NCBI GenBank assembly: GCA_018304425.1
Contig: JAGVWE010000004.1
Coordinates: 32,001 to 96,000, forward strand
Source of the DNA: Candidatus Iainarchaeum sp.
Lineage (GTDB): Archaea > Iainarchaeota > Iainarchaeia > Iainarchaeales > UBA10219
Direction of reading: 5' to 3'
Length of the DNA stretch: 64,000 nt
The translations under genes and the position numbers were made by a program. The first letter of the stretch is position 1; each line of letters starts with the position of its first letter. The notes beneath the pieces are model-generated. The model was not told where the DNA came from, did no database searches, and was given only the letters and a program-made list of their open reading frames with translations. This document shows, piece by piece, positions 37,580-47,523 of this stretch.

Positions 37580-39460
37580 CTACTTTTTGTCGTCGACCTT
37601 GTAGTCGGCGTCCACGACCTTGTCCCCGTCGCCGGGCTTTTCGCCGGCGCCCTGGCTTCCGGGCTGTTCCCCACCAGGGGTTTGGCCCCCTTGCGGGGAC
37701 GTTCCGCCGTGCTTCTGGTACAATTCCACGGAGGCTTCCTGCATGGCCTTGTTGACTTCGTCGAGCTTGGCCTTGATTTTGGCCGCGTCCCGCGGCTTTG
37801 CTTCGAGGAGTTTCTTCAACTCCTCGACGCCGGCCTTGATGTGGTCGACCTTGTCTTGGGCGACCTTGCCTTCCAGGTCCTTCAACAGCTTGTCCGCGCC
37901 ATAGGCCGTCGCGTCCGCCTGGTTCAGGGTCTCGGCTTCCGCCATCCGCTTCCGGTCCTGTTCTGCGAACTCCTCGGCTTCCTTCTGCATGCGCTTGACT
38001 TCGTCTTCGTTGAGCTTCTGCGAGGCCACAATGGTTATCTTCTGTTCCCTGCCTGTGCCCAGGTCCTTTGCGGACGCGTTGACGATGCCATTGGCATCAA
38101 TGTCAAACGTTACCTCCACCTGTGGCACGCCCCTCGGCGCGGGAGGAATGCCCACCAACTGGAAGCGGCCCAGCGTCTTGTTGTCGGCCGCCATCGGCCT
38201 TTCGCCTTGCAGCACGTGGATGTCCACTGCGTTCTGGTTGTCGGTTGCCGTCGTGAACACCTGGCTCTTCCGCGTTGGAATCGTGGTGTTCCGCTCGATG
38301 AGCCGGGTCATCACCCCGCCCAGGGTCTCGAGGCCCAGGCTCAACGGCGTAACATCCAGTAACAGGATGTCCTTGACTTCGCCGGACAGCACCGCGCCCT
38401 GGATGGCCGCGCCAACCGCCACGCACTCCATGGGGTCAATGCCCCGTTCAACTTTCGTGCCCAGCACCTTTTCGACGAACCGCTGCATGACCGGCATCCG
38501 GGTGGGCCCGCCCACCAGAATGACTTTCTGGATGTCCGAGGGCGTGAGCTTGGCGTCGGCCAGCGCCTGCATCAGGGGCTTCTCGCAGCGCTTGATGATG
38601 GGGTCCACGATTTCCTCGAGCTTGGCGCGGTTCAGTTTCATGGCCAGGTGTTTGGGCCCCGTGGCATCGGCCGTGATGTACGGCAGGTTGAGGTCGGTTT
38701 CAATCGCGGTGGACAACTCGATTTTGGCCTTTTCCGCGGCTTCCCGCAGCCGCTGCATGGCCACCGAGTCCCTGGACAAGTCCGTTCCCGTGGTCCGCTT
38801 GAATTCCTTGACGAGGTAATCGATCAGGGCCTTGTCCATGTCGGTGCCGCCCAGCTGGGTGTCGCCCGAGGTGGACTTGACTTCGAAGACGCCGGTGCCG
38901 AACTCCATGAGCGTAACGTCCAGGGTTCCGCCGCCGAAGTCGAACACGAGAATCTTCTGGTCGGCTCCCTTCTTGTCCAAGCCATAGGCCAGCGAGGCCG
39001 CCGTGGGCTCGTTGATGATTCGCACCACATCCAGGCCCGCGATTTTTCCCGCGTCCTTGGTTGCCTGCCGCTGGTTGTCGTCAAAGTAGGCCGGCACGGT
39101 GACGACCGCCTTCTCGACTTTTTCGCCCAAAAACTCTTCGGCGTCCTTCTTTATCTTCTGCAGGATGAAGGCCGAAATCTGCTGGGGCGTGTAGTCCTTG
39201 CCGGACACGCCGTACTTGTAATCGGTGCCCATCTTGCGTTTGGCTGCCATGATCGTTCCTTCCGGGTTGCTGACGGCTTGCCTCCGCGCCGGCTCTCCCA
39301 CCAGCACCTGCCCGTCCTTGGTGAACGCGACCACGGAGGGAAAGGCCTTGCCATAGAGCGTCATGCCTTCGGCTGAAGGGATTATCTTGGGCTTGCCGCC
39401 TTCCATGACGGCTGCCGCCGAGTTGCTGGTTCCCAAGTCGATGCCGATGATTTTCGCCAT
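37580..39460 (-). CDS. dnaK: Chaperone DnaK (Hsp70)
   Basis: [39 protein letters not shown]. Confidence 0.98.
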   Translation of the reverse strand: MAKIIGIDLGTSNSAAAVMEGGKPKIIPSAEGMTLYGKAFPSVVAFTKDGQVLVGEPARRQAVSNPEGTIMAAKRKMGTDYKYGVSGKDYTPQQISAFILQKIKKDAEEFLGEKVEKAVVTVPAYFDDNQRQATKDAGKIAGLDVVRIINEPTAASLAYGLDKKGADQKILVFDFGGGTLDVTLMEFGTGVFEVKSTSGDTQLGGTDMDKALIDYLVKEFKRTTGTDLSRDSVAMQRLREAAEKAKIELSTAIETDLNLPYITADATGPKHLAMKLNRAKLEEIVDPIIKRCEKPLMQALADAKLTPSDIQKVILVGGPTRMPVMQRFVEKVLGTKVERGIDPMECVAVGAAIQGAVLSGEVKDILLLDVTPLSLGLETLGGVMTRLIERNTTIPTRKSQVFTTATDNQNAVDIHVLQGERPMAADNKTLGRFQLVGIPPAPRGVPQVEVTFDIDANGIVNASAKDLGTGREQKITIVASQKLNEDEVKRMQKEAEEFAEQDRKRMAEAETLNQADATAYGADKLLKDLEGKVAQDKVDHIKAGVEELKKLLEAKPRDAAKIKAKLDEVNKAMQEASVELYQKHGGTSPQGGQTPGGEQPGSQGAGEKPGDGDKVVDADYKVDDKK

Positions 39461-39476
39461 GCCATTCCTCCTATAG

Positions 39477-39929
39477 TCAACTTAACTTATTAACCCTCAC
39501 CTTTGAGGGCCTCAACACCAAATCCCTGAGCGCATAGCCTTTCTGGAGTTCCTCCAGCACTAGTCCATCCGGTTTTCCCGCGTCCACCGCGTTCAGCATC
39601 ACTTCGTGCAGGGAGGGGTCGAATTTTTCGCCCACACACTTGATTTCCATGAAGCCGTGCCGGCCCAGGATGTCGAGGAACTGCTTGCGCAACAGCTTGA
39701 CGCCCTCCTCGTTTCCCGCCTGTTCCAGGGAGTCCACGAAGGGCAGCAGTTCCCGCACGAACGCGGCGTTCGCGTAGGCCAGGAATTCATTCCGCTCTCT
39801 TTCCATGCGCTTGGAGGCGTTCTCGAATTCCGCCTGCAACCGCTGAAGCGTTTCCGTCAGTTCCTTGACCCGGTCTTCGGCCAGGGACGCGCTGGGTTCC
39901 CCCGCCTTTCCCGGTTTGCCTTCCTTCAT
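39477..39929 (-). CDS. grpE: Nucleotide exchange factor GrpE
   Basis: [20 protein letters not shown]...LRPSKV; start ATG 39929. Confidence 0.93.
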   Translation of the reverse strand: MKEGKPGKAGEPSASLAEDRVKELTETLQRLQAEFENASKRMERERNEFLAYANAAFVRELLPFVDSLEQAGNEEGVKLLRKQFLDILGRHGFMEIKCVGEKFDPSLHEVMLNAVDAGKPDGLVLEELQKGYALRDLVLRPSKVRVNKLS

Positions 39930-40017
39930 GTACCACCCACAATTGTCTAAAACATTTAAACAATAACCAAACTCTTTAATCAAAAGTCTTTTAAATACTT
40001 GCGTGGAACCTTTTTCC

Positions 40018-40446
40018 ATGGCAGCCATCCGTAGAAGCAGTGGTTTCAGGATTATGATCAAAAAGGTTGAAAAACCTTTTTCTGACAACACTTTGGACGA
40101 ATTCAACTGGCTCTGCGAGTGCCTGGGCTTCTTCGAACCCATCGACAAGTCGAAGACCGCGGCCTCAGTCTTCAAGGAACTGGTGAACGCGACCGACAAG
40201 GGCGAGGCGCTTTCTTCGACAGCCCTCGCCGAACGCGTGGGCATGTCGAGGGGCAGCGTCATCAACCACCTGAACAACCTCTTGGAAGCCGGGCTCATCA
40301 CCAAGCGCGGCCGCTTCTACTTCGCGCGCTCGCGCTCGGTCTTCAGGACACTCAAGGAAATCGAGGAAGACATCCTCCGCGTGTTCCACGACATGGAGGA
40401 CACCGCGCGGGAAATCGACGAGCAATTCAACCGCTTCTACGATTAA
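40018..40446 (+). CDS. Winged-helix transcriptional regulator
   Basis: SSTALAERVGMSRGSVINHLNNLLEAGLI; divergent from grpE. Confidence 0.85.
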   Translation: MAAIRRSSGFRIMIKKVEKPFSDNTLDEFNWLCECLGFFEPIDKSKTAASVFKELVNATDKGEALSSTALAERVGMSRGSVINHLNNLLEAGLITKRGRFYFARSRSVFRTLKEIEEDILRVFHDMEDTAREIDEQFNRFYD

Positions 40447-40461
40447 CCTTATTAATGGCTT

Positions 40462-41121
40462 GTGCCTACTTTTTTCATGGCCAAGCCCGTTTCCCTGCAT
40501 GCCTTGTTCTTTCCCGGCATCGTCTTCCACGAGTTCTCCCACTACCTTGCCTGCCTCTTGTTCGGCGTGAAAGTCAAGCGCGTGAAGTGGTTCGGCAAAG
40601 AAGACGCATACGTCGTCCACGAGACCCCGCAACCCCTGGCCTCCGTGGTCATCACCTTGGCCCCCTTCCTGCTCGGCAACTGGCTGGCTTACAATGTCTT
40701 GGAGGCCGCAACCCCCCTGCTGGGGGCAGGCGGCCTGCTTTCCCCGTCCACTCCCCTGGCGCTGTTCTACTACTGGTTTGCCTTGGCCCTCCTCTACTAC
40801 TCGTTTCCCAGCGACCAGGATGGCAGCAACGCCTTCTACAACGTTCTAGGCGCCTACCGGAAGGGTATCTTTGGTTCAACTCCGGCAGTCGTCAAACTCT
40901 TGTACCTCGTCACCTTTCCCCTTGCTTTCCTTCCCCTCGTCTTCGCGCTCGGCTTCATGATGTTGTTCAGCAACTCCGCGGGCCTCCGCATCATCTGGAC
41001 GCTTTCCATCGTCCTGCTCTCCTTTGACCCCTCTCTGGGCGCCCAGTTCGGGAACCTCTTCAACGGCTTGGCTTCCACCGTCACGAGGCTTTTCGTGGGA
41101 TTCATCCCACTTTTTCCGTAA
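40462..41121 (+). CDS. Membrane zinc metalloprotease (M50-like)
   Basis: PGIVFHEFSH, TLAP, PSDQD; multiple TM segments. Confidence 0.75.
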   Translation: MPTFFMAKPVSLHALFFPGIVFHEFSHYLACLLFGVKVKRVKWFGKEDAYVVHETPQPLASVVITLAPFLLGNWLAYNVLEAATPLLGAGGLLSPSTPLALFYYWFALALLYYSFPSDQDGSNAFYNVLGAYRKGIFGSTPAVVKLLYLVTFPLAFLPLVFALGFMMLFSNSAGLRIIWTLSIVLLSFDPSLGAQFGNLFNGLASTVTRLFVGFIPLFP

Positions 41122-41227
41122 ACGCTTCCTTGTCCTGCCTTGCAGGACGAGGCCCCCCAATGCAAGGCATTGGATGGTTGCCCGTCGCAAAAGGGTTTTT
41201 ATATAAGTTTTCACACAATAGTCCGTC

Positions 41228-41518
41228 ATGTCGGGCCGCATTGAAAGGTTCTTGGACCTCAACCACATGGCCTCCGAGGCCGTGAAAGCCTTCCTCGGCG
41301 AACGCGTTTCCCGCGCCAAAAAAGACCAGCGCTACCTTGCCTTGTTCGTCGTCGAACTCTTCTTGGCGCTGCTGCTCGTGGGCGCGATTTATTTTTACCT
41401 CGACCCCACTGTCAACCTCGTGCCATTTCCCTACAACTACGCGGCCTTCGCCTTTCTATTCCTGGCCGCCATGTGGATTTACCGGTACACCAAGGGGTTC
41501 CGCAAACTCAAGCTGTGA
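41228..41518 (+). CDS. Small two-TM membrane protein
   Basis: 96 aa with two hydrophobic segments; TTTATATA upstream. Confidence 0.7.
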   Translation: MSGRIERFLDLNHMASEAVKAFLGERVSRAKKDQRYLALFVVELFLALLLVGAIYFYLDPTVNLVPFPYNYAAFAFLFLAAMWIYRYTKGFRKLKL

Positions 41519-41554
41519 AATCTGCTAAGAACTGAGGGGTTGGGGCGGGTGCGC

Positions 41555-41986
41555 TTACTTTCCGTCGATGATTGCCTGGGCTTTCTGCTTGAATTCCTCG
41601 TGCAAGGCCTTCAAGGCAGCCTTTTGCTCGTCCGACAGGTTCGCCATCCGGCCCTTGAACACGCCGTGCCCTCCGAAGCCAAAGCCGTGGCCAAACCGGT
41701 TCATGGGCTTTTCCGGGAACGCCAAGCCATTGTCTTCAAAGAACTTTTGGACGGCGGCATGGATTTCTTCCCGGTCCGCGCCCTTTTCCTTCAAAGCTGT
41801 TACCTGTTCCTTCAATTGCGCGTGCTGGGCTTCCGTTAACTGGCTGCCCCACCAGCCTTTTCCATGGTGCCAACCCGTTTTGTCGGCGGCCTGGCCTGTG
41901 GCCGGCGCTGCCGTGGTCGCGGCAAACGCGACGGCCACCAAGGCCACCAATGCGATTCCAACCAATGCCAATCCCTTCTTGTTCAT
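41555..41986 (-). CDS. Secreted Spy/CpxP-like (LTxxQ) helical protein
   Basis: Signal peptide; LTEAQ and LSDEQ motifs; His/Gly-rich linkers; GGAGG SD. Confidence 0.65.
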   Translation of the reverse strand: MNKKGLALVGIALVALVAVAFAATTAAPATGQAADKTGWHHGKGWWGSQLTEAQHAQLKEQVTALKEKGADREEIHAAVQKFFEDNGLAFPEKPMNRFGHGFGFGGHGVFKGRMANLSDEQKAALKALHEEFKQKAQAIIDGK

Positions 41987-42051
41987 GCTTTTGACCTCCA
42001 ACTGGATTGAACCCCCAAGAACCTGCGCTGCAACCCTTAATAGGCGTTGCC

Positions 42052-42128
42052 TGAAACGATTTGAAACCGCGGGCAGCCAAAAACCCGGCTCGTTTCAGGG
42101 TTCCCGAAACCGGGTTGAAACCGGTTTC
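42052..42128. promoter_or_regulatory. Cluster of GAAAC direct and inverted repeats, candidate operator
   Basis: TGAAACgattTGAAAC (42052/42062), CGAAACcgggtTGAAAC (42105/42116), inverted GTTTC at about 42092 and 42124, in a divergent promoter region. Confidence 0.5.
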
Positions 42129-42185
42129 CCCTGGGCCGTTCTTTTGGGCGCATCCTTTTATACTCCAAGCCCCCCAGTTTTTTCC

Positions 42186-42767
42186 ATGACCAGTCGTAGG
42201 GCGCTCCCCCCAAGCCTGGCAGCAGCCAACCGCGTGCACTGGCAGAGTGCCCGGCGACCCGGCCTCTCCCAGGCCGAGCGCCAAGCCCTTTACGTGCAAC
42301 GCCAACGCCATTTGGAAGCCCTGGCCCGCAGCTCATTCTACCACAAGCTGCTGGACCCCGCCCGGCAGAGGTCTTTCACGGTTTCAGCCGGGGGAAGAAG
42401 CCATGCCTTCACCTTGTTGGGGCGCGGCCTGAGCATGACGCGCTTTCAGCGGCCCGTGGTGGTTGTGCTGGACTCCCTGGGCAGCGGCATCCTGTTCTAC
42501 AAGAGCACGGGCATGAACTCCGGTATGCCGGGCAAGTGGCTGCCCTTCCGCTCCATTGTGATGACGCACGTCCGCGCAGGCCACGGCGTCGAGCCCTGGT
42601 ACGAGAAATTCAGGGAACACGAGCAAGTCCGAAGCGTTCACGGCGGCTTATACGACCGGTTAAGCGATGCAATCAGGGCACGCGAGGCCGGCATCGAATT
42701 CCTGGAGACCTCGGACCTGGACCTCGTGGCCTCCATTGCCGAAAACCTGGGCGTCCCCGGCAAGTAG
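42186..42767 (+). CDS. Orphan protein with basic N-terminus
   Basis: 193 aa from ATG 42186; TTTTATA about 25 nt upstream; globular core LFYKSTGMNSGMPGKWLPF. Confidence 0.7.
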   Translation: MTSRRALPPSLAAANRVHWQSARRPGLSQAERQALYVQRQRHLEALARSSFYHKLLDPARQRSFTVSAGGRSHAFTLLGRGLSMTRFQRPVVVVLDSLGSGILFYKSTGMNSGMPGKWLPFRSIVMTHVRAGHGVEPWYEKFREHEQVRSVHGGLYDRLSDAIRAREAGIEFLETSDLDLVASIAENLGVPGK

Positions 42768-42788
42768 CAGCCACCGGTTCAACGGGGT

Positions 42789-43157
42789 TCACGCGTCGCC
42801 CAAGGCTTTTTTCACGCGGGCCACCATCTCGGTGTTGCTGCAGGGCTTCTGGATGTAGTCCGTCAAGCCGTCCTTGATGAGGTCGGCCAGCATCTTGTCG
42901 TTGATTTTCACGACCGTCAGGAACACGACCAGCATCTTGGGCTGCTCTTTCTTGACCTTTTTGAGGACTTCCCAGCCCGACATCTTGGGCATCATGATGT
43001 CCAACAAAATAAGGTCGGCCTTCTGCTTTTTGAGGAAGGCCAGGCAGTCCACCCCGGACTCCACGCTTTCCACCTTATACCCCTCGCGTTCCATCACGAC
43101 TTTGACGAGTGCCAGGACGTCCGGTTCGTCGTCGACGTGGAGAATGGTTTTCGTCAT
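42789..43157 (-). CDS. Stand-alone response regulator receiver protein
   Basis: HVDDE, LLDIMMPKMSG, FLT, KP. Confidence 0.93.
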   Translation of the reverse strand: MTKTILHVDDEPDVLALVKVVMEREGYKVESVESGVDCLAFLKKQKADLILLDIMMPKMSGWEVLKKVKKEQPKMLVVFLTVVKINDKMLADLIKDGLTDYIQKPCSNTEMVARVKKALGDA

Positions 43158-43208
43158 GCGAATTCCCAGAGTATTACGTTTAACCCCAATATAAGCTTTA
43201 TCCCGCCC

Positions 43209-44030
43209 TCACTTTCGGCTGCCGGTGTGCTTTACCGGCACCTCGAATGAGAACGTGCTGCCCGCGCCTGGCTTTGATTCCACCCATATTTTTCCGTTGT
43301 GGCGTTCCACGATGCGCTTGCAGATGTCCAAGCCCAACCCGGTTCCGCCGAACTGCCGCGTGGCCGAGGAGTCCACCTGGTAGAACTTCTGGAACAAGTG
43401 GGGCAAGTGCCTGGCCTCGATGCCGATGCCCGTGTCCACGACCTGCACCAGGGCCTTTCCCTTGCCGGCCGAGATTTTAACCGTTACCCGCCCGTTTTCG
43501 GGCGTGAACTTGACCGCGTTCTGCACCAGGTTCTCCAACACCTTCCCGGTCAATGGCGCATCCACTTCGGCTTGGGGGAGGTCGGCCGGTGCCTCCAAGC
43601 CCAACTGGATTTTCTTGCCTTCCGCCAGGGCCTTCGCGCCTTCGAAGGCCTTGCCCGCCACTTCGCGTAAGTCCGCGGCCTGGAACTCGAATTCGAGTTT
43701 GCCGGACTCGAGCTTGGAGACCAGGAGGATGTCGTCAATCAGGTTCTTGAGGCGTCGGGCATTCCTTCGCACGATTTCAAGGCTCTTTTGCTTGATTTCC
43801 GGGTCCAGGGTCTCGTCGGCCCAGATGTCGATGTAGCCCATGATGGGCACCAAGGGGGTTTTCAGTTCGTGGCTGACCACGTCCAGGAACTCGTCGCGCA
43901 ACTTGTCGGCCTGCCGGAGCCTGGCCAACTCTGCCTCGAGTGCCTTCAGCCTCGCGTGCAACCCGGTCGCAGGCCGTGCATGTAGCCCCTTTGCCTTGGC
44001 GGTTTTTCCCGGTTTTCCGGTCTTACCCAT
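43209..44030 (-). CDS. Cytoplasmic histidine kinase (HisKA + HATPase_c), no sensor domain
   Basis: SHELKTPL, NLVQNAVKF, DTGIG, GGTGLGL. Confidence 0.93.
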   Translation of the reverse strand: MGKTGKPGKTAKAKGLHARPATGLHARLKALEAELARLRQADKLRDEFLDVVSHELKTPLVPIMGYIDIWADETLDPEIKQKSLEIVRRNARRLKNLIDDILLVSKLESGKLEFEFQAADLREVAGKAFEGAKALAEGKKIQLGLEAPADLPQAEVDAPLTGKVLENLVQNAVKFTPENGRVTVKISAGKGKALVQVVDTGIGIEARHLPHLFQKFYQVDSSATRQFGGTGLGLDICKRIVERHNGKIWVESKPGAGSTFSFEVPVKHTGSRK

Positions 44031-44062
44031 TCCCAGTCACCTCCAAGATTATCGAAGAACCC

Positions 44063-45073
44063 TTATTTATGCCTTTTGCCCGGCGCCTTCGGAAGCCACG
44101 TAACCTCGACGTCGTCCGCGCGTTGCCTGGGCTGGATAACGGTTTGGGCCAGGGTTTGTCTCGCGCCCGCCCGGTGTTCCAGGAGCCCCTGCCAGGCAAT
44201 CATGGCCCCATTGTCCACGCAGACTTCCACGGGCGGCACGAACATCTCGACTTCCCGTGCCCCGCACATCTCACCCAGCATCTTGCGCAAGGCTTTCGAG
44301 GCCGCGACCCCCCCGGCCAGCAGCAACTCCTTTTTCTCGGTGTGCGCCAGCGCCCTTTCCGTGACCTCGGTCAGCATCGCAAAGGCGGTGTGCATGACCG
44401 AGTAGGCCAGGTCCACGGCCTCGGCTTTTCCGACCAAGCCCTCGGCCGCGGTCTGCAACCCGGAGAAGTGGAGGTCCATGCCCTTCACCGAGTAAGGCAA
44501 TTCCACGAACCGCTTGGCCTGGAAATACATTTCATCGATTTTGGGTCCGGCCGGAAACCCCAGGCCCATGGCCCGTCCAAACCCGTCCAGCAGATTCCCC
44601 ACTCCAATGTCCAGCGTTTCCCCGTACACCCGGTAGCGGCCTGACTCGAACCCGAGAATCTGCGTGTTCGCGCCCGAAAAATAAACCATGAGGGGATTCT
44701 TGCAGCCGGTCAACGCGCGTCCGATTTCGATGTGGGCCACGCAGTGGTTGACGCCCAACAGCGGCTTCCGGTGCCTCAGCGCAAGGCCGCGCGCCGCCAC
44801 CGCGCCCACCCTCAAAGACTGGCCAATGCCCGGTCCCCGCGAGAACGCAATCAGGTCCAGTTCCCTGGGGGATAGGCCGGCTTTTTCCAGCGCGCGGTTC
44901 AAGACCTCGGGCGCGACCCGGAAGTGGTGGTCAGCCATCTCGCGGGGAATCAAGCCGCCCTCCACGGTGGTTAGGGTGTGCTTTTCGTTGGCAAGGATTT
45001 TTGCGTGTTCGTCCACGATGCCCACGCCAAAGGTGTGGGCCGTGCTTTCCATTCCCAAGCAAATCATGCGCAT
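44063..45073 (-). CDS. kae1: tRNA t6A threonylcarbamoyltransferase Kae1
   Basis: ESTAHTFG, GPG, NHCVAHIE, SGANTQ, DNGAMIA. Confidence 0.96.
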   Translation of the reverse strand: MRMICLGMESTAHTFGVGIVDEHAKILANEKHTLTTVEGGLIPREMADHHFRVAPEVLNRALEKAGLSPRELDLIAFSRGPGIGQSLRVGAVAARGLALRHRKPLLGVNHCVAHIEIGRALTGCKNPLMVYFSGANTQILGFESGRYRVYGETLDIGVGNLLDGFGRAMGLGFPAGPKIDEMYFQAKRFVELPYSVKGMDLHFSGLQTAAEGLVGKAEAVDLAYSVMHTAFAMLTEVTERALAHTEKKELLLAGGVAASKALRKMLGEMCGAREVEMFVPPVEVCVDNGAMIAWQGLLEHRAGARQTLAQTVIQPRQRADDVEVTWLPKAPGKRHK

Positions 45074-45149
45074 CCCCAATTATGTAGCGGTTGGGCCGCT
45101 GGCCAGCCGAAACCCCGTAAACCAACCGTTAATGTGCTTCCAAGGGCTT

Positions 45150-45674
45150 TTAAAACCAAAACAAGGCCTTCAGGATAATCAAATTGTAGCCCACGTGTGC
45201 GAAAATATTGGGGTATAGGCTCTTGTTGGCGTCATAGGCCCTCGCGAGCACGACCCCCAAGGCAAAGGCCCCAACGACCTCGGCCAGGGAACCGTAAAAC
45301 ACGTGGGCCAAGGCAAAGACCCCACTGGAGGCCAGGGAACCGAATTTCTTGGCCAAAAAACCCCGGAAGAAGACCTCTTCGGCAACCACCCGGACGCTCA
45401 ACAAATAGTAGAGGAACCAGGGCGTTGCCCGTTCTACTCTCTCGACTTCCACGGCCACCTTGTCCAAGTCATTCAAGTGGAGGAAGGCCAGCGCCAGCGA
45501 CAAGGCCAGGGACACCAACACCAGCGCCAAAAACAGGGTCACGGTCTGTTTTGCTTTCGCGGCAAACCCCTTGGGCTCGAGGCCCAACTCCTTCAAGGGA
45601 TTCAATCCCCTGCCGGCATAATAGGCGGCGGGAAAAAACGCGAAAGAAAAATCGAGCAGGAAGCTGGAGAGAAT
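45150..45674 (-). CDS. CPBP/Abi (CAAX protease-like) intramembrane protease; start uncertain
   Basis: AEEVFFRG, FALAH, HVGYN motifs. Confidence 0.8.
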   Translation of the reverse strand: MLSSFLLDFSFAFFPAAYYAGRGLNPLKELGLEPKGFAAKAKQTVTLFLALVLVSLALSLALAFLHLNDLDKVAVEVERVERATPWFLYYLLSVRVVAEEVFFRGFLAKKFGSLASSGVFALAHVFYGSLAEVVGAFALGVVLARAYDANKSLYPNIFAHVGYNLIILKALFWF

Positions 45675-45687
45675 CCGTTCCCCCCCC

Positions 45688-45885
45688 TCAGACCTTCCTG
45701 AATTCCGTGTAACTGCATTTCCCGCACGCGAACCGGTCCTTGTGCGCGGCCATGAATATGCCGCCACCGCACTTGGGGCAGCTCCTCGTCTTCCTTGAAA
45801 GGCTCTCGCCCTTCACTTCATACAATGTCGCCTTCAGCTTTTTACCCGGTTCTTCCTTTGCTTTTGCTGCTGCCTTTTCCGCCAT
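45688..45885 (-). CDS. rps27ae: 30S ribosomal protein S27ae (eS31)
   Basis: CPKCGGGIFMAAHKDRFACGKC. Confidence 0.95.
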   Translation of the reverse strand: MAEKAAAKAKEEPGKKLKATLYEVKGESLSRKTRSCPKCGGGIFMAAHKDRFACGKCSYTEFRKV

Positions 45886-45921
45886 CCCATTCACCTTCAG
45901 TCATTCCTCGTGCTTCGGCAC

Positions 45922-46257
45922 CTATTTCTTGGCTTTCGCCTCGGCTTTCGGCGCCTCTTCTTTCTTTTCCTTGGCTTCCTTGATGCCGAGGTTCCGGTTC
46001 ACGATGTACTTCAACTCGGTCCGCTTCATTTGCTCCGCGTCCTGGTACGCGATGGCCTCGCCGCCCACTTCCTTGGAGCCGAACCGCTGCCTCACCGCGC
46101 GCACCACGACTGCGTCTTCCTTTGCGTTCAGGAGAGCGGCCAGCCTGGCCCTGAGCTCCTTCTTGGAGGGCGTGGTCTCAACGCCTTCCACCCGGAAAAC
46201 GACTTCCTCCCGCTGCAGCAAGGGGTTCTTCTCCCTGCTCACAATCTCGACTTCCAT
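45922..46257 (-). CDS. rps24e: 30S ribosomal protein S24e
   Basis: NPLLQREEV, TPSKKE, FG..GEAIAY. Confidence 0.92.
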   Translation of the reverse strand: MEVEIVSREKNPLLQREEVVFRVEGVETTPSKKELRARLAALLNAKEDAVVVRAVRQRFGSKEVGGEAIAYQDAEQMKRTELKYIVNRNLGIKEAKEKKEEAPKAEAKAKK

Positions 46258-46301
46258 TTCATTCACCTCATGAACGCCATACAAACGCTGTTAGCCTGCC
46301 T

Positions 46302-46499
46302 TCACCGGCTCAACCGCAGGGCATGCTTGCCAATGGTGGTTAACCCCATCTTTTGGGCGATGCTCGACTGCTCCGGGTTGATGATGACGACATAGCCCCG
46401 CCAAAAAGTCGTGAAACTCGTGCTCCCACAGACCGGGCACTTGTCGCCTTCCTCGATGACTTTCCTGCACTGCCTGCACGCCTTTCCCTTGCTTGCCAT
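46302..46499 (-). CDS. spt4: Transcription elongation factor Spt4 (RpoE'')
   Basis: ACRQC...CPVCGS, WRGYVVIINPEQSSIA. Confidence 0.93.
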   Translation of the reverse strand: MASKGKACRQCRKVIEEGDKCPVCGSTSFTTFWRGYVVIINPEQSSIAQKMGLTTIGKHALRLSR

Positions 46500-46532
46500 T
46501 CCAATCTGCTCCTTTCCTTTTTTTCCTGCCGC

Positions 46533-47132
46533 TTACGCGGCCTTCTCCTTCGCCTTTTCTTCTTTCCTTGTCTCCTTGGTCTCCCGCTTCTTGGTGGGCC
46601 CAGCCTTGACCCATTCCTCTTTTCCCAGGCCGTCCTGCCGCATCGTCAAACCGATTTTCGACGCGGAAAGCGAGCCCTTCAAGCTCACCGTGACAATCCG
46701 CGCCGTGACGTTGTCGCCCTTCAACAGCTTCCGAGCCGACTCCTTTCCAACGAAGCCCGGGAGCTTCGCGTCATAATTGATGTAGTCATCCATGATCTGG
46801 CTGACGTGAATCAGCCCCTCGATGGGGCCAATCCGCGCAAACGCACCGAACTCCGTCACTTCCGTGACATAGCCGTCCACGACCTCGTGGACTTCCGGCT
46901 TGTACACCAGCAACTTCATGACCGCCGTATAATAGGCCGCGCCATCCCCTGGCACGACCCTTCCCTCTCCCGTGCTCTCGATTTCCGGGACCACGACCAC
47001 CAAGCCAAGATCCTCGTCCATCAAGCCCTCATACTCCTTTTGAACGAGCTTCAAAACCGTTTTCTTGAGGTCCGCCCCGAACTCCGCCGGAGGCACCCTA
47101 ACCGTGTCCGTGACCGTATACATCGAGTACAT
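46533..47132 (-). CDS. rpoE1: RNA polymerase subunit Rpo7 (E')
   Basis: VRVPP, GDGAAY, S1 domain EFGAF..GLIHVSQI. Confidence 0.95.
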   Translation of the reverse strand: MYSMYTVTDTVRVPPAEFGADLKKTVLKLVQKEYEGLMDEDLGLVVVVPEIESTGEGRVVPGDGAAYYTAVMKLLVYKPEVHEVVDGYVTEVTEFGAFARIGPIEGLIHVSQIMDDYINYDAKLPGFVGKESARKLLKGDNVTARIVTVSLKGSLSASKIGLTMRQDGLGKEEWVKAGPTKKRETKETRKEEKAKEKAA

Positions 47133-47135
47133 TCG

Positions 47136-47519
47136 TTACACCCCTTCACCAATGGCTTCCACCAATTTGTTTTGCCTAATGAATATAATCCTTTCCTTGA
47201 GCCTCGCCTTCAAGGCCCGGTCATTGGTCGCCACCCAGCAGCCATCCAACGCCAGCCCAACCAGGGCATCGTCGGCGTTTGCCGCGTTGACCCCAATAAC
47301 CTTGACCTCATTCGCCTTCAACTCCATTTCCGCGAGGTTCACGAGTTTTTCCATGGTTTTCCCCTTTCTCCGGAGCAATCCAAGCTCCCGTTCCACCTGC
47401 GCGGGAACAACGAACTCCACCCGGCCCAACAGCCGGCGGATTTCCCTGCAGGCGTTTACCTTCTGTTTCACCGTCCACACCAGGAAATTGGTGTCCAGCG
47501 CCACCCTCACCGTTTTCAC
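47136..47519 (-). CDS. PIN-domain protein (Fcf1/Utp23-like)
   Basis: LDTNFL, ADDAL, VATNDRAL; conserved position after aIF2-gamma. Confidence 0.85.
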   Translation of the reverse strand: MKTVRVALDTNFLVWTVKQKVNACREIRRLLGRVEFVVPAQVERELGLLRRKGKTMEKLVNLAEMELKANEVKVIGVNAANADDALVGLALDGCWVATNDRALKARLKERIIFIRQNKLVEAIGEGV

Positions 47520-47523
47520 GGTT

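Noticed and set aside
40061-40080. Palindrome AAAAGGTT-gaaa-AACCTTTT
   Set aside because: Lies inside a coding region (KKVEKPF), single copy; may be chance.
42052-42128. CRISPR array (TTGAAAC resembles repeat ends)
   Set aside because: Units are only 5-7 bp with no 25-40 bp repeats or spacers, and no cas genes in the window.
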